Positions 24,923 through 32,671 of a stretch of 64,000 bases of DNA are shown piece after piece. Both the position numbers and the translations under genes were made by a program. Positions within the stretch are counted from its first letter, which is position 1, and every line of letters begins with the position of its first letter. Origin of the DNA: Planctomycetota bacterium (GTDB lineage: Bacteria > Planctomycetota > JAJSAM01 > JAJVHW01). The stretch spans positions 46,272 through 110,271 of the forward strand of contig JAIOPE010000047.1 in assembly GCA_021414065.1 (NCBI GenBank). Direction: 5' to 3'. Under the pieces are notes generated by a model that made no database searches, was not told the DNA's origin, and worked only from the letters and a program-made list of their open reading frames with translations.

Positions 24923-25468
24923 ATGACGAAGACCACGAAGATGACGGTGAAGACGACGATCCTGGCGGGCGGCACGCGCCTGAACCACGCCGCTGCGGTC
25001 CGCTCGACCGTCGTCGCCGGTGGCGTGCGCACCAATCACGCGGCGCCCGTCCGGACGGCTGTCACGGCGGCCGGAATGCGTCTGAACCACGCGGCGGCCG
25101 TTCGCTCGACCGTCGTCGCCGGTGGTCTGCGCTGGAATCACGCGGCGCCGGTGCGGACGTCGGTGATCGCCGGCGGCCTACGCCTGAACCACGCCGCGGC
25201 CGTTCGCTCGACCGTCGCCGCCGGTGGAACGCGCAACAACCACGCGGCGCCGATCAGGACCTCGGTGATCGCCGGGGGCCTCCGGCAGAACCACGCGGCG
25301 CCGATCCGCTCCACGATCGCCGCCGGCGGCCTCCGCTGCAACCACGCCGCGACCGTTCGCTCGACCGTCGTTGCGGGCGGCGTCCGCCAGAATCATGCGG
25401 CCCCGGTCAGGACGTCGGTCGTCGCCGGCGGCTTCCGACGGAACCACGCCGCGGCTGTCCGGGCCTGA
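24923..25468 (+). CDS. Small tandem-repeat protein 6 (181 aa)
   Basis: aacGAGGAGAgacgaccATG; MTKTTKMTVKTTILAGG then NHAA.[VI]R[ST].V.AGG repeats; ends NHAAAVRA*. Confidence 0.8.
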   Translation: MTKTTKMTVKTTILAGGTRLNHAAAVRSTVVAGGVRTNHAAPVRTAVTAAGMRLNHAAAVRSTVVAGGLRWNHAAPVRTSVIAGGLRLNHAAAVRSTVAAGGTRNNHAAPIRTSVIAGGLRQNHAAPIRSTIAAGGLRCNHAATVRSTVVAGGVRQNHAAPVRTSVVAGGFRRNHAAAVRA

Positions 25469-25479
25469 GCCGCACTTGA

Positions 25480-27897
25480 CTACGACTGCGCGGCGCGGGC
25501 GGCCCAGTCCCTCGCGTCGCGGAGCGCCACCTCGGCCTCGTCGTGCCGACCAAGGTCCGCGAGGCAGCGAGCGTGGACCTGCGCCGCCTGTTCGCGCCAC
25601 CGGAACGAACCGTTCAGTTCCGCCGCGCGTGCGGCATCGGTGACAGCGTCGATCGCGCCGGCGTGGTCGCCCTTGAGATGGAGCAGGCGAGCCAGTTGCA
25701 CGAGCGGGAACGCACGCAGCGGCGAGTCGGGCGGCGACGTCGCCAGCGCACGGTCCACGACCGATCGCTGAAGTGCAGCGGCTTCCTCGATCCGCCCGGC
25801 GTCGAGGAGCACGCCGGCCAGGTTGTGGTCTGCCGAGATGCTCGCGAGATGGCCGGGTCCGAACACTTCAGACGACAACGCGGACGCGCGGCGGATGAGC
25901 GGGACCGCCTCGTCGATGCGCCCAACCTCCTTCAGCATCTGACCGAGGTTCGCCAGCCCGAACAGCGTCTCCGGGTGTCGCTCGCCGAGCGTCCGCTCAC
26001 GTGCCGCGCAGGAGGACCGGAGCAGTCCGATGCCCTCGTCCGCGCTTTCCGCACGAAGCGACAGGATGAGGCCCAGGTTCTGCTCCGCGCGAAGTGAAAC
26101 CTCGTGATCGGGACCGAGCACGCGGCGGGCACGTTCGAGCGCAGAACGGATCGTCGCCTCCGCCTCGTCTCGCCGCCCGGCCCACTCGAGCATCTGCCCG
26201 ACCTCTGCGTCGTAACGGATCGTGCGAGCGTCGTCGGGCCCGAACACGCGGCGAGCCCGCTGCGCAATCTCGACCGCGTCTCGCGCGGGTCCGAGCGGAG
26301 CGCCGAGTTGGGCCGCAGAGGAGCTCCACACGAACTCGAGATCGATCCGTGCGGCGTTCGAAGCGTCGAGTCGCGCGCACGCCGCGTCCACGGCCGGCCG
26401 ACCGAGGGCCACAGCCTCGGCGTGGCGTCCGAGTTCGCCGAGCACAGCGACGATCACCGTCTGGATCTCGGCTGCGGCTTCCGGGTCTCCGGCGAACGAT
26501 GCGCCGGTGCGCGCAAGGCCCCGCTCCAGCACATCGGCGACGCGCACGTCGCGCCCTTCCTGCGCCGGGTCCGCGGAACTGAGAGTCTCCTTGAGGAACG
26601 TGAGCGCCGACTCGGCGCGGCGCCGCGCGGCGAGGGCCTCCGCCTCGTTCCGCTCTGCGCGCAGCACGGCGGCGCGGAGCTCTGCGTTGCGCGACTGCTG
26701 CTCGACGAGAAGCTCCGTCAGCGCGCGGTTGCGTTTCACGACGCGCAGCCCGCGTTCGAGCATCCCGGCGCGACGTGCGCGGATCTTCCGCCCCGCAAGG
26801 AACGCGCGCAGATCGTCGGCGAACTCGGCGGCGGTCGCGTATCGCTTCGCCGGGTCCTTCTCGAGCGCGTGGAGGACGATCGTCTCCAAGTCCGGCGGCA
26901 GCCCCGGAACGAGTTTCGACGGCGGCTCCGGTTCCCATGTCTGCACGCGGCGCAGGATCTCCTGCGTCGTCGGCCCGGGGAACGGGAGCTGCAACGTGAG
27001 CGCCTCGTAGAGCGTCGCGCCAAGCGAGAAGACGTCGGACCGGGCGTCGAGCGCGTCGTTCGTGCCCGCGGCCTGCTCGGGACTCGCGTAGTGCGGCGTG
27101 CCGAGGAACCCGTGCGTCAGCGTGAGCGACGCTTCGTCTTCGACGTCGGCTAGCCCGAAGTCGAAGAGCAGGGCGAAGCCGTCGTCGCGCAGCAGCACGT
27201 TCGACGGCTTCACGTCGCGGTGCACGACGCCGCTCGCGTGCGCGTGCGACAACGCATCGGCGACGTCCATCGCGGCGCGCGCCGCCGCCCTGGCCCACGT
27301 GGACGTCCAGGGCTCCGGCGGGGCCTTCGTGCATCCGGCGGACCGCGCGAAGTCGGCGCCCGTGAGCAAAGCGACCCCGGTGCGCGACTCGCGCGTCGCT
27401 CCGATGGCCTGCGCGAGCGTGCGGCCCGGTACGTAGCGCATCGAGAACCACGGCTGGCCGTCGTCCTCTCCCGTCTCGTAAACCGGCACGACGAGCGGAT
27501 GGTCGAGCTTCGCGACGGCCCTGGCTTCGCGCAGGAAGCGGTCCTTCGCCCGCGGCGACGTGATCCGTCGCGGAAGCACCTTCAGCGCGACCACGCGCCC
27601 GAGGCGGAGGTCGCGGGCCAGATACACCTGCGCCATTCCGCCGCGGCCCAGCTCGCGGAGGACTTCGTGCCCGGCGATCGTCGGCCGCGCAACCGCGCCC
27701 CGGCGCGTCGCGACGTCGTGCGCGAGCGCCGCGAGCTCGCGGACGCGATCGGCGAGGTCCGGTCGGCTCGGAAGTGCCGTCTCGACCACGATCGCCCGCC
27801 CGGCGGCGACGTCTGCGACGAACTGTCCGAAGACGCCGTCGAGGAGCGCGCCGTCCGGATCGCCCTGGGCGGACGAGCTCGAATCTCGCTCCGTCAC
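25480..27897 (-). CDS. Ser/Thr protein kinase with C-terminal TPR repeats, STK6
   Basis: GTG start (VTERDSSSS...) overlapping the ECF-e stop. GRGGMAQVYLA, HRDVKPSNVLL, DFGLA. Confidence 0.8.
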   Translation of the reverse strand: MTERDSSSSAQGDPDGALLDGVFGQFVADVAAGRAIVVETALPSRPDLADRVRELAALAHDVATRRGAVARPTIAGHEVLRELGRGGMAQVYLARDLRLGRVVALKVLPRRITSPRAKDRFLREARAVAKLDHPLVVPVYETGEDDGQPWFSMRYVPGRTLAQAIGATRESRTGVALLTGADFARSAGCTKAPPEPWTSTWARAAARAAMDVADALSHAHASGVVHRDVKPSNVLLRDDGFALLFDFGLADVEDEASLTLTHGFLGTPHYASPEQAAGTNDALDARSDVFSLGATLYEALTLQLPFPGPTTQEILRRVQTWEPEPPSKLVPGLPPDLETIVLHALEKDPAKRYATAAEFADDLRAFLAGRKIRARRAGMLERGLRVVKRNRALTELLVEQQSRNAELRAAVLRAERNEAEALAARRRAESALTFLKETLSSADPAQEGRDVRVADVLERGLARTGASFAGDPEAAAEIQTVIVAVLGELGRHAEAVALGRPAVDAACARLDASNAARIDLEFVWSSSAAQLGAPLGPARDAVEIAQRARRVFGPDDARTIRYDAEVGQMLEWAGRRDEAEATIRSALERARRVLGPDHEVSLRAEQNLGLILSLRAESADEGIGLLRSSCAARERTLGERHPETLFGLANLGQMLKEVGRIDEAVPLIRRASALSSEVFGPGHLASISADHNLAGVLLDAGRIEEAAALQRSVVDRALATSPPDSPLRAFPLVQLARLLHLKGDHAGAIDAVTDAARAAELNGSFRWREQAAQVHARCLADLGRHDEAEVALRDARDWAARAAQS

Positions 27898-28529
27898 GAG
27901 CCGGGCCCACCCGGCGGCATCGACCGCGACTCCAGCGATTTCACGAGGTCCCGGAACAACTGCGAGCCCCTGCGGAAACGCCGCCACGCGGCCGAGACGT
28001 GCGCGTTGAGCTCTGCGGCGATCGTCTCCATCGGCTTGTCTTCGAAGAGGTGCATGCGCACGTACGGCTCGACGTCGGGAGGCAGCTTCTCGAGGGCTTC
28101 GGTCAGGATGCGCGACCGCTCGCGGTGCGACGCCACGCGACTCGGCGTGACCGACCCGGCGGGCAGGACGTCGGCGAGGGAGACGCTGTCCGAGGGGTTC
28201 CGCTCCGAGAAGAGCCCGGTGCCGCCCGTCCCACCGCGCTTCGCCGCGCCGTCGGCTCGAGCGAAGTCGCGGATGCGGTTCCGCGCGATCGAGATGAGCC
28301 ACGTGCGATACGAGTGGAGCCCCTCCCACCGGTGCGTCGTGCGATCCCGCCAGGCCGACGCGAGCGTTTCCTGCCAGACGTCTTCCGGCTCATAGCGCCC
28401 GCGGAGCGTGGCTCCCATCGAACGGGCGATCACGACGAGGACTTCGTCCGGGGCGACGCTCTCGATCACGCGGTCGAACTGCGCAGGGTCCGCGTGGGGT
28501 GCGTCGCCGGTGAAGTCGTCGTCGGCCAT
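27894..28529 (-). CDS. ECF sigma factor (ECF-e)
   Basis: ATG 28529 (MADDDFTGDAPHADPAQFDRVIESVAPD...). PEDVWQETLASAWRDRTTHRW; sigma-4 LPPDVEPYVRMHLFEDKPMETIAAELNAHVSAAWRRFRRG. Confidence 0.8.
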   Translation of the reverse strand: MADDDFTGDAPHADPAQFDRVIESVAPDEVLVVIARSMGATLRGRYEPEDVWQETLASAWRDRTTHRWEGLHSYRTWLISIARNRIRDFARADGAAKRGGTGGTGLFSERNPSDSVSLADVLPAGSVTPSRVASHRERSRILTEALEKLPPDVEPYVRMHLFEDKPMETIAAELNAHVSAAWRRFRRGSQLFRDLVKSLESRSMPPGGPGS

Positions 28530-28595
28530 GGGCGGGCGAGGATACCCCGGCGAACGTCGTGAAGTGGCGTCCGGCGCGGCGAGGAATCCGCGCTC

Positions 28596-28626
28596 CGGGA
28601 GAATTCCGCGGAATCCCCCGACACGC
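28596..28626. promoter_or_regulatory. Conserved intergenic motif, copy 7 (gagaATTCCGCGGAATCCCCCGACAC)
   Basis: Between ECF-e and small gene 7. Confidence 0.45.
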
Positions 28627-28702
28627 CCGCCGAGATCCGTCGCTTCGATCCCCATGCAGCGCAGGACGCGCCGCAAGGAACGAACGAAACGGAGCGACGA
28701 CG

Positions 28703-29149
28703 ATGCAGACGAAGACGACGGTGAAGGCGGGCGGCGCGAAGTTCAACCACGCGGCGACGGTCCGCACGGCGGTGCAGGCTGGTGGCATCCGCTACAACCA
28801 CGTGGCGGCCACGCGCACGGCGCTGACGGCAGGCGGGATCAAGTTCAACCACGCGACGCAAGTCCGCACGGCGGTGCAGGCTGGCGGCACCAAGTTCAAT
28901 CACGCGGCGATCGTGCGCAACGCAGTCGTGCGCACCGCGATCGTCGCAGGCGGGGTCAAGTACAACCACGCGCCTGCCGTTCGCACGGGCTTCGCCGCCG
29001 GCGGCGTGAAGTTCAACCACACCCCTGCCGTCCGCACGGACGTCGCGTCGGGTGGCATCAGGTTCAACCACGTCGCCCAGGTCCGCACCGGCGTCGCCGC
29101 CGGCGGGAACCGCTTCAACCACTCGGTGGCGATGCCCCGCGCTCGCTGA
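28703..29149 (+). CDS. Small tandem-repeat protein 7 (148 aa; variant C-terminus)
   Basis: aacGGAGcgacgacgATG; MQTKTTVKAGG then NHA..VRT.[VL].AGG[IT]K[FY] repeats. C-terminus ...NHSVAMPRAR* differs from the usual NHAASVR* and overlaps the STK7 stop by ~35 nt. Confidence 0.75.
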   Translation: MQTKTTVKAGGAKFNHAATVRTAVQAGGIRYNHVAATRTALTAGGIKFNHATQVRTAVQAGGTKFNHAAIVRNAVVRTAIVAGGVKYNHAPAVRTGFAAGGVKFNHTPAVRTDVASGGIRFNHVAQVRTGVAAGGNRFNHSVAMPRAR

Positions 29150-31490
29150 GCGCCGCCGCAGCGTCGTCCGCAACGCGCGACGCGCGCTCCGCCGCCTCCG
29201 TCAGCCCGAGCCCCGCGAGGATCGCCCGGGCCCGGAGCGCGGCCTCCGCGGCCCCGCCGTGGTCCAACAACCCGGCCCGGATGCGGGCGAGTTGGAGGAT
29301 CACGGCGGCCATCGGCCCGGAGTCCGCCGCGAGGGCACCGGGCGCGGCGCGCAGCGCCCGTTCCTGGCATCGGAGCGCCTCGGGGAAGTCGCCGGCGTCC
29401 ATCGCCGCCCCGGCGAGGTTGTGCAGGTTCATCACGGTCGTCGGATGGCGTTCGCCGAACACGTCCATCGACAGTTCGACGGCGCGCTCGAACATCGGCC
29501 GCGACTCCGCCACGCGCCCCGCCTCCTTGCGAAGCTGCGCCGCGAGTCCGAGCGAGTTCAGCGTGTCCGGATGTCGCTCGCCGACCGTGTCGCGCCGGCC
29601 CACCCACGTCGCGTGCATCAGGACGTCCGCCTCGTCCGACCGGCCGGAGTTCGCGAGCGCCAGCGCGAGGTTGTTCTGGGCGTGGAGCGTGGACTCTGCC
29701 GAAGGTCCGAGCGCGCGGACCGCGTCGGCGAGCGCCGGCCGCAGCACCGCCTCGGCCTCGATCGGCCGGTCCGCCGCCGTCAGGATGCCGCCCAGATTCG
29801 CGCTCGCTTCGACGGTCACCGGGTGCTCGTGGCCGAAGGCGCGCGCGGCGGAGTCGGCCGCCTCTTGCGCGAACGCGAGCGCCCGGTCGAACTCCCCGAA
29901 CTGACCGGCTGCGGACGCCGCGACGCCGAGCAGGTGGATCGTCTCGATGCGATCCGGGCCGAGGTCCGCACGCGCGCGGACGAGCGCCTCCTCCGCAACC
30001 TGCACAGCCTCTTCGCTCGCACCGAGTCCCGTGAACGTCTTCGAGACGACGAGCAGCACCGCTGCGCGGAGTTCCGGATGGTCCGCGAAGTCCCGACGGG
30101 CTCGCTCCGCAGCCTTTCGCAGCACGTCGGCCACGCGCACGTCGCGCCCGCCCATCTCGGGGTCGGCGGAACCGAGCGTGTCCACGAGGAGCGACGTCAC
30201 CGCGGCCGCCTTGTCGCGTTCGGCCTCCGCCCGTGCTCGCGCCTCGCGCGCCTCGGCCTCGTTCCGCTCGGCGCGCAGCACCGCCGAACGCAACTCGGCG
30301 TTGTGCGCCTGCTGTTCGACGAGCAGGTCCGTCAGGGCCCGGCCGCGTTTCACGCTGCGAAGGCCGCGCTCGATGAAGCCCGCACGCTTCGCGCGCACCT
30401 TCCGGCCGTCGAGGACCGCGCGCAAGTCTTCGGCGAACGCAGCGGCGCTCGCGTACCGCTTCGCCGGGTCCTTCTCGAGGGCGGCGAGCACGACCGTCTC
30501 CAGATCCTTCGGGATGCTCGCGTTCAGCTTCGACGGCGACTCCGGCTCCCAGGTCTGGATGCGACGCAGCACCTCGTGTGTGGTCGGCCCGGGGAACGGG
30601 AGCGCCAGCGTGATCGCCTCATAGAGAGTCGCGCCGAGCGAGAAGACGTCGGTCCGCACGTCGATCGAGTCCGTCGCGCCGGCCGCCTGCTCGGGACTCG
30701 CGTAGTGCGGCGTGCCGACGAAACTGTGCGTCAGCGTGAGCGTCGCTTCGTCGTCCACGGACGCGAGACCGAAGTCGAACAGCAACGCGAACCCGTCGCG
30801 CCGGAGCATCACGTTCGACGGCTTCACGTCGCGGTGCGTCACTCCCTGCGAGTGCGCGTACGAAAGCGCATCGGCGACGTCGGCTGCGGACTGCGCCGCC
30901 GCGCGCCACCACGGGCCGGCCCAACGCTGCGGCGGCGGCGCGACTCCCGCGCATTGCCCGAAGTCAGCGCCTGTCAGAGCCTGCGGATCCCTCGATCTCA
31001 CCGACTGGATCGCCGTCGCGAGCGTCGCGCCTTCGACGAACGCCATCGTGAAGTACGGCTGCCCTTCGGCCTCTCCGAGATCGTAGACCGGCACGACGAG
31101 CGGGTGCTGGAGCCGCGCCACCGCGCGGGCTTCGCGATCGAATCGCTCCCGCGCCCGGCCCGCGGCCATGCGCCGCGGGAGCACCTTCAGCGCGACCGTC
31201 CGGCCGAGCCGGGTGTGGCGGGCGAGGAGCACCTGACCCATGCCCCCGCGTCCGAGTTCACGGAGGATCTCGTAGCCGGCGAACGTCGGCCGCAGCGCCG
31301 GCCGACGGGGCGCGATGTCGATCGCGAGTGCCCACGCGGCCCGGACACGGTCCCTGAGATCCGGGCGGCCCGGCACGGCGGCGTCGAGGTCCACCGCGCG
31401 GCCTTCGGACACGGCGTCGATGAAGTCGGTCAGGAGACGATCGAGGAGATCGTCGTCGGGCGACCCGGCGTCGCTGTCGGCCCCGCTCAC
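29115..31490 (-). CDS. Ser/Thr protein kinase with C-terminal TPR repeats, STK7
   Basis: GTG start (VSGADSDAGSPDDDLLDRLL...) overlapping the ECF-f TGA stop. GRGGMGQVLLA, HRDVKPSNVML, DFGLA. Confidence 0.8.
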   Translation of the reverse strand: MSGADSDAGSPDDDLLDRLLTDFIDAVSEGRAVDLDAAVPGRPDLRDRVRAAWALAIDIAPRRPALRPTFAGYEILRELGRGGMGQVLLARHTRLGRTVALKVLPRRMAAGRARERFDREARAVARLQHPLVVPVYDLGEAEGQPYFTMAFVEGATLATAIQSVRSRDPQALTGADFGQCAGVAPPPQRWAGPWWRAAAQSAADVADALSYAHSQGVTHRDVKPSNVMLRRDGFALLFDFGLASVDDEATLTLTHSFVGTPHYASPEQAAGATDSIDVRTDVFSLGATLYEAITLALPFPGPTTHEVLRRIQTWEPESPSKLNASIPKDLETVVLAALEKDPAKRYASAAAFAEDLRAVLDGRKVRAKRAGFIERGLRSVKRGRALTDLLVEQQAHNAELRSAVLRAERNEAEAREARARAEAERDKAAAVTSLLVDTLGSADPEMGGRDVRVADVLRKAAERARRDFADHPELRAAVLLVVSKTFTGLGASEEAVQVAEEALVRARADLGPDRIETIHLLGVAASAAGQFGEFDRALAFAQEAADSAARAFGHEHPVTVEASANLGGILTAADRPIEAEAVLRPALADAVRALGPSAESTLHAQNNLALALANSGRSDEADVLMHATWVGRRDTVGERHPDTLNSLGLAAQLRKEAGRVAESRPMFERAVELSMDVFGERHPTTVMNLHNLAGAAMDAGDFPEALRCQERALRAAPGALAADSGPMAAVILQLARIRAGLLDHGGAAEAALRARAILAGLGLTEAAERASRVADDAAAALSERGASPPSG

Positions 31491-32116
31491 GTCGCGCGAC
31501 TCTTCGATTCGAACGACTGCAACGCTTCGCGGTAGATCTCCGCGCCGCGACGGAACCGCCGCCACGACTGTGAGAGTCCGAGCCCGAGCGCCGCGGCGAC
31601 GTCCGGCATCGGCGTCTCCTCGAGCAGGTGCATCCGCACGATCGGCTCGATGTCGTGCGGGAGTGCCGCGAGCGCCGCGAGAACCGCCTTCGCACGCTCG
31701 TTGTGGGACGCCACGCGGCTCGGGGTGACCGACCCCGCAGGGAGCACCGCCGAGAGCGACACGCTCCCCGCGCCGCGCAGCGCGCCGAACGTCGCCGCCC
31801 CCGCCCCACCGCCCCGCTTCTCGGCGTGGGCCACGCGGATCATGTCCTTGATCCGGTTCTTCGCGATCGTGAGGAGCCAGTTCCGGTAGCCGCGGTTCCC
31901 CGCCCAGACGTGCTGCTCGCGATCGCGCCAGGCCTGCGCGAGCGTCTCCTGCCAGACGTCGTCGGCTTCGCAGATCGCGCGCGCCGCGGGCCCCATCGCG
32001 CGGTCGATGAGCGCCAGCAGCGACTCCGGGCCGATGTCGTCGATGAGCGCGTCGAACCGAATCGGGTCGAGGTGCGGGGCCGCTCGCTGGTCGGAAACCG
32101 GGAGATTCTCGGTCAA
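31487..32116 (-). CDS. ECF sigma factor (ECF-f)
   Basis: Likely TTG start at 32116 preceded by AAGGAG (caAGGAGtttgcgcTTG). ...HLDPIRFDALIDDIGPE...ADDVWQETLAQAWRDREQHVW; sigma-4 IVRMHLLEETPMPDVAAALGLGLSQSWRRFRRG. The start codon choice is uncertain. Confidence 0.7.
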   Translation of the reverse strand: MTENLPVSDQRAAPHLDPIRFDALIDDIGPESLLALIDRAMGPAARAICEADDVWQETLAQAWRDREQHVWAGNRGYRNWLLTIAKNRIKDMIRVAHAEKRGGGAGAATFGALRGAGSVSLSAVLPAGSVTPSRVASHNERAKAVLAALAALPHDIEPIVRMHLLEETPMPDVAAALGLGLSQSWRRFRRGAEIYREALQSFESKSRAT

Positions 32117-32169
32117 GCGCAAACTCCTTGCTGTGCATGGGTTGTCGCCGACACGCCGACCCGGGCCGC

Positions 32170-32200
32170 GGGATTTTTGAATCTGGGCCGACACTTCCGG
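32170..32200. promoter_or_regulatory. Conserved intergenic motif, copy 8 (ggatttttGAATCTGGGCCGACAC)
   Basis: Between ECF-f and small gene 8. More diverged. Confidence 0.35.
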
Positions 32201-32269
32201 TCGCGTCTTCCGCTCTCTGGTCCCGCGACGCACTGGACGCGGCGCAGAAAACCAACAGGAGATGCAACG

Positions 32270-32653
32270 ATGAGCAAGCACATGGAGACGAAGACGACGG
32301 TGAAGGCGGGCGGCGGCGGCAGCAACCACGCGGCGGGTGTCCGGACGACGGTCAAGGCCGGCGGCATCGAACCCAACCACGCGGCCACTGTCCGGTCCAC
32401 GGTCAAGGCGGGCGGCATGGACCCCAACCACGCGGCCGTGGTCCGGTCCTCCGTGATGGCGGGCGGCGTCCACCTGAACCACACCCCGGCGGTCCGCTCG
32501 ACGGTCAAGGCCGGCGGCGGTGGCGCGAACCACGCGGCGTGTGTCCGTACGACGGTCAAGGCCGGCGGCGTCGACCCCAACCACGCGGCCACTGTCCGTT
32601 CCACGGTGAAGGCGGGCGGCACGGATCCCAACCACGCCGCTTCCGTGCGCTGA
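32270..32653 (+). CDS. Small tandem-repeat protein 8 (127 aa)
   Basis: caacAGGAGAtgcaacgATG; MSKHMETKTTVKAGGGG then NHAA.VR[ST][ST]VKAGG repeats; ends NHAASVR*. Confidence 0.8.
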   Translation: MSKHMETKTTVKAGGGGSNHAAGVRTTVKAGGIEPNHAATVRSTVKAGGMDPNHAAVVRSSVMAGGVHLNHTPAVRSTVKAGGGGANHAACVRTTVKAGGVDPNHAATVRSTVKAGGTDPNHAASVR

Positions 32654-32671
32654 GGACCGGCGCGAACGACG

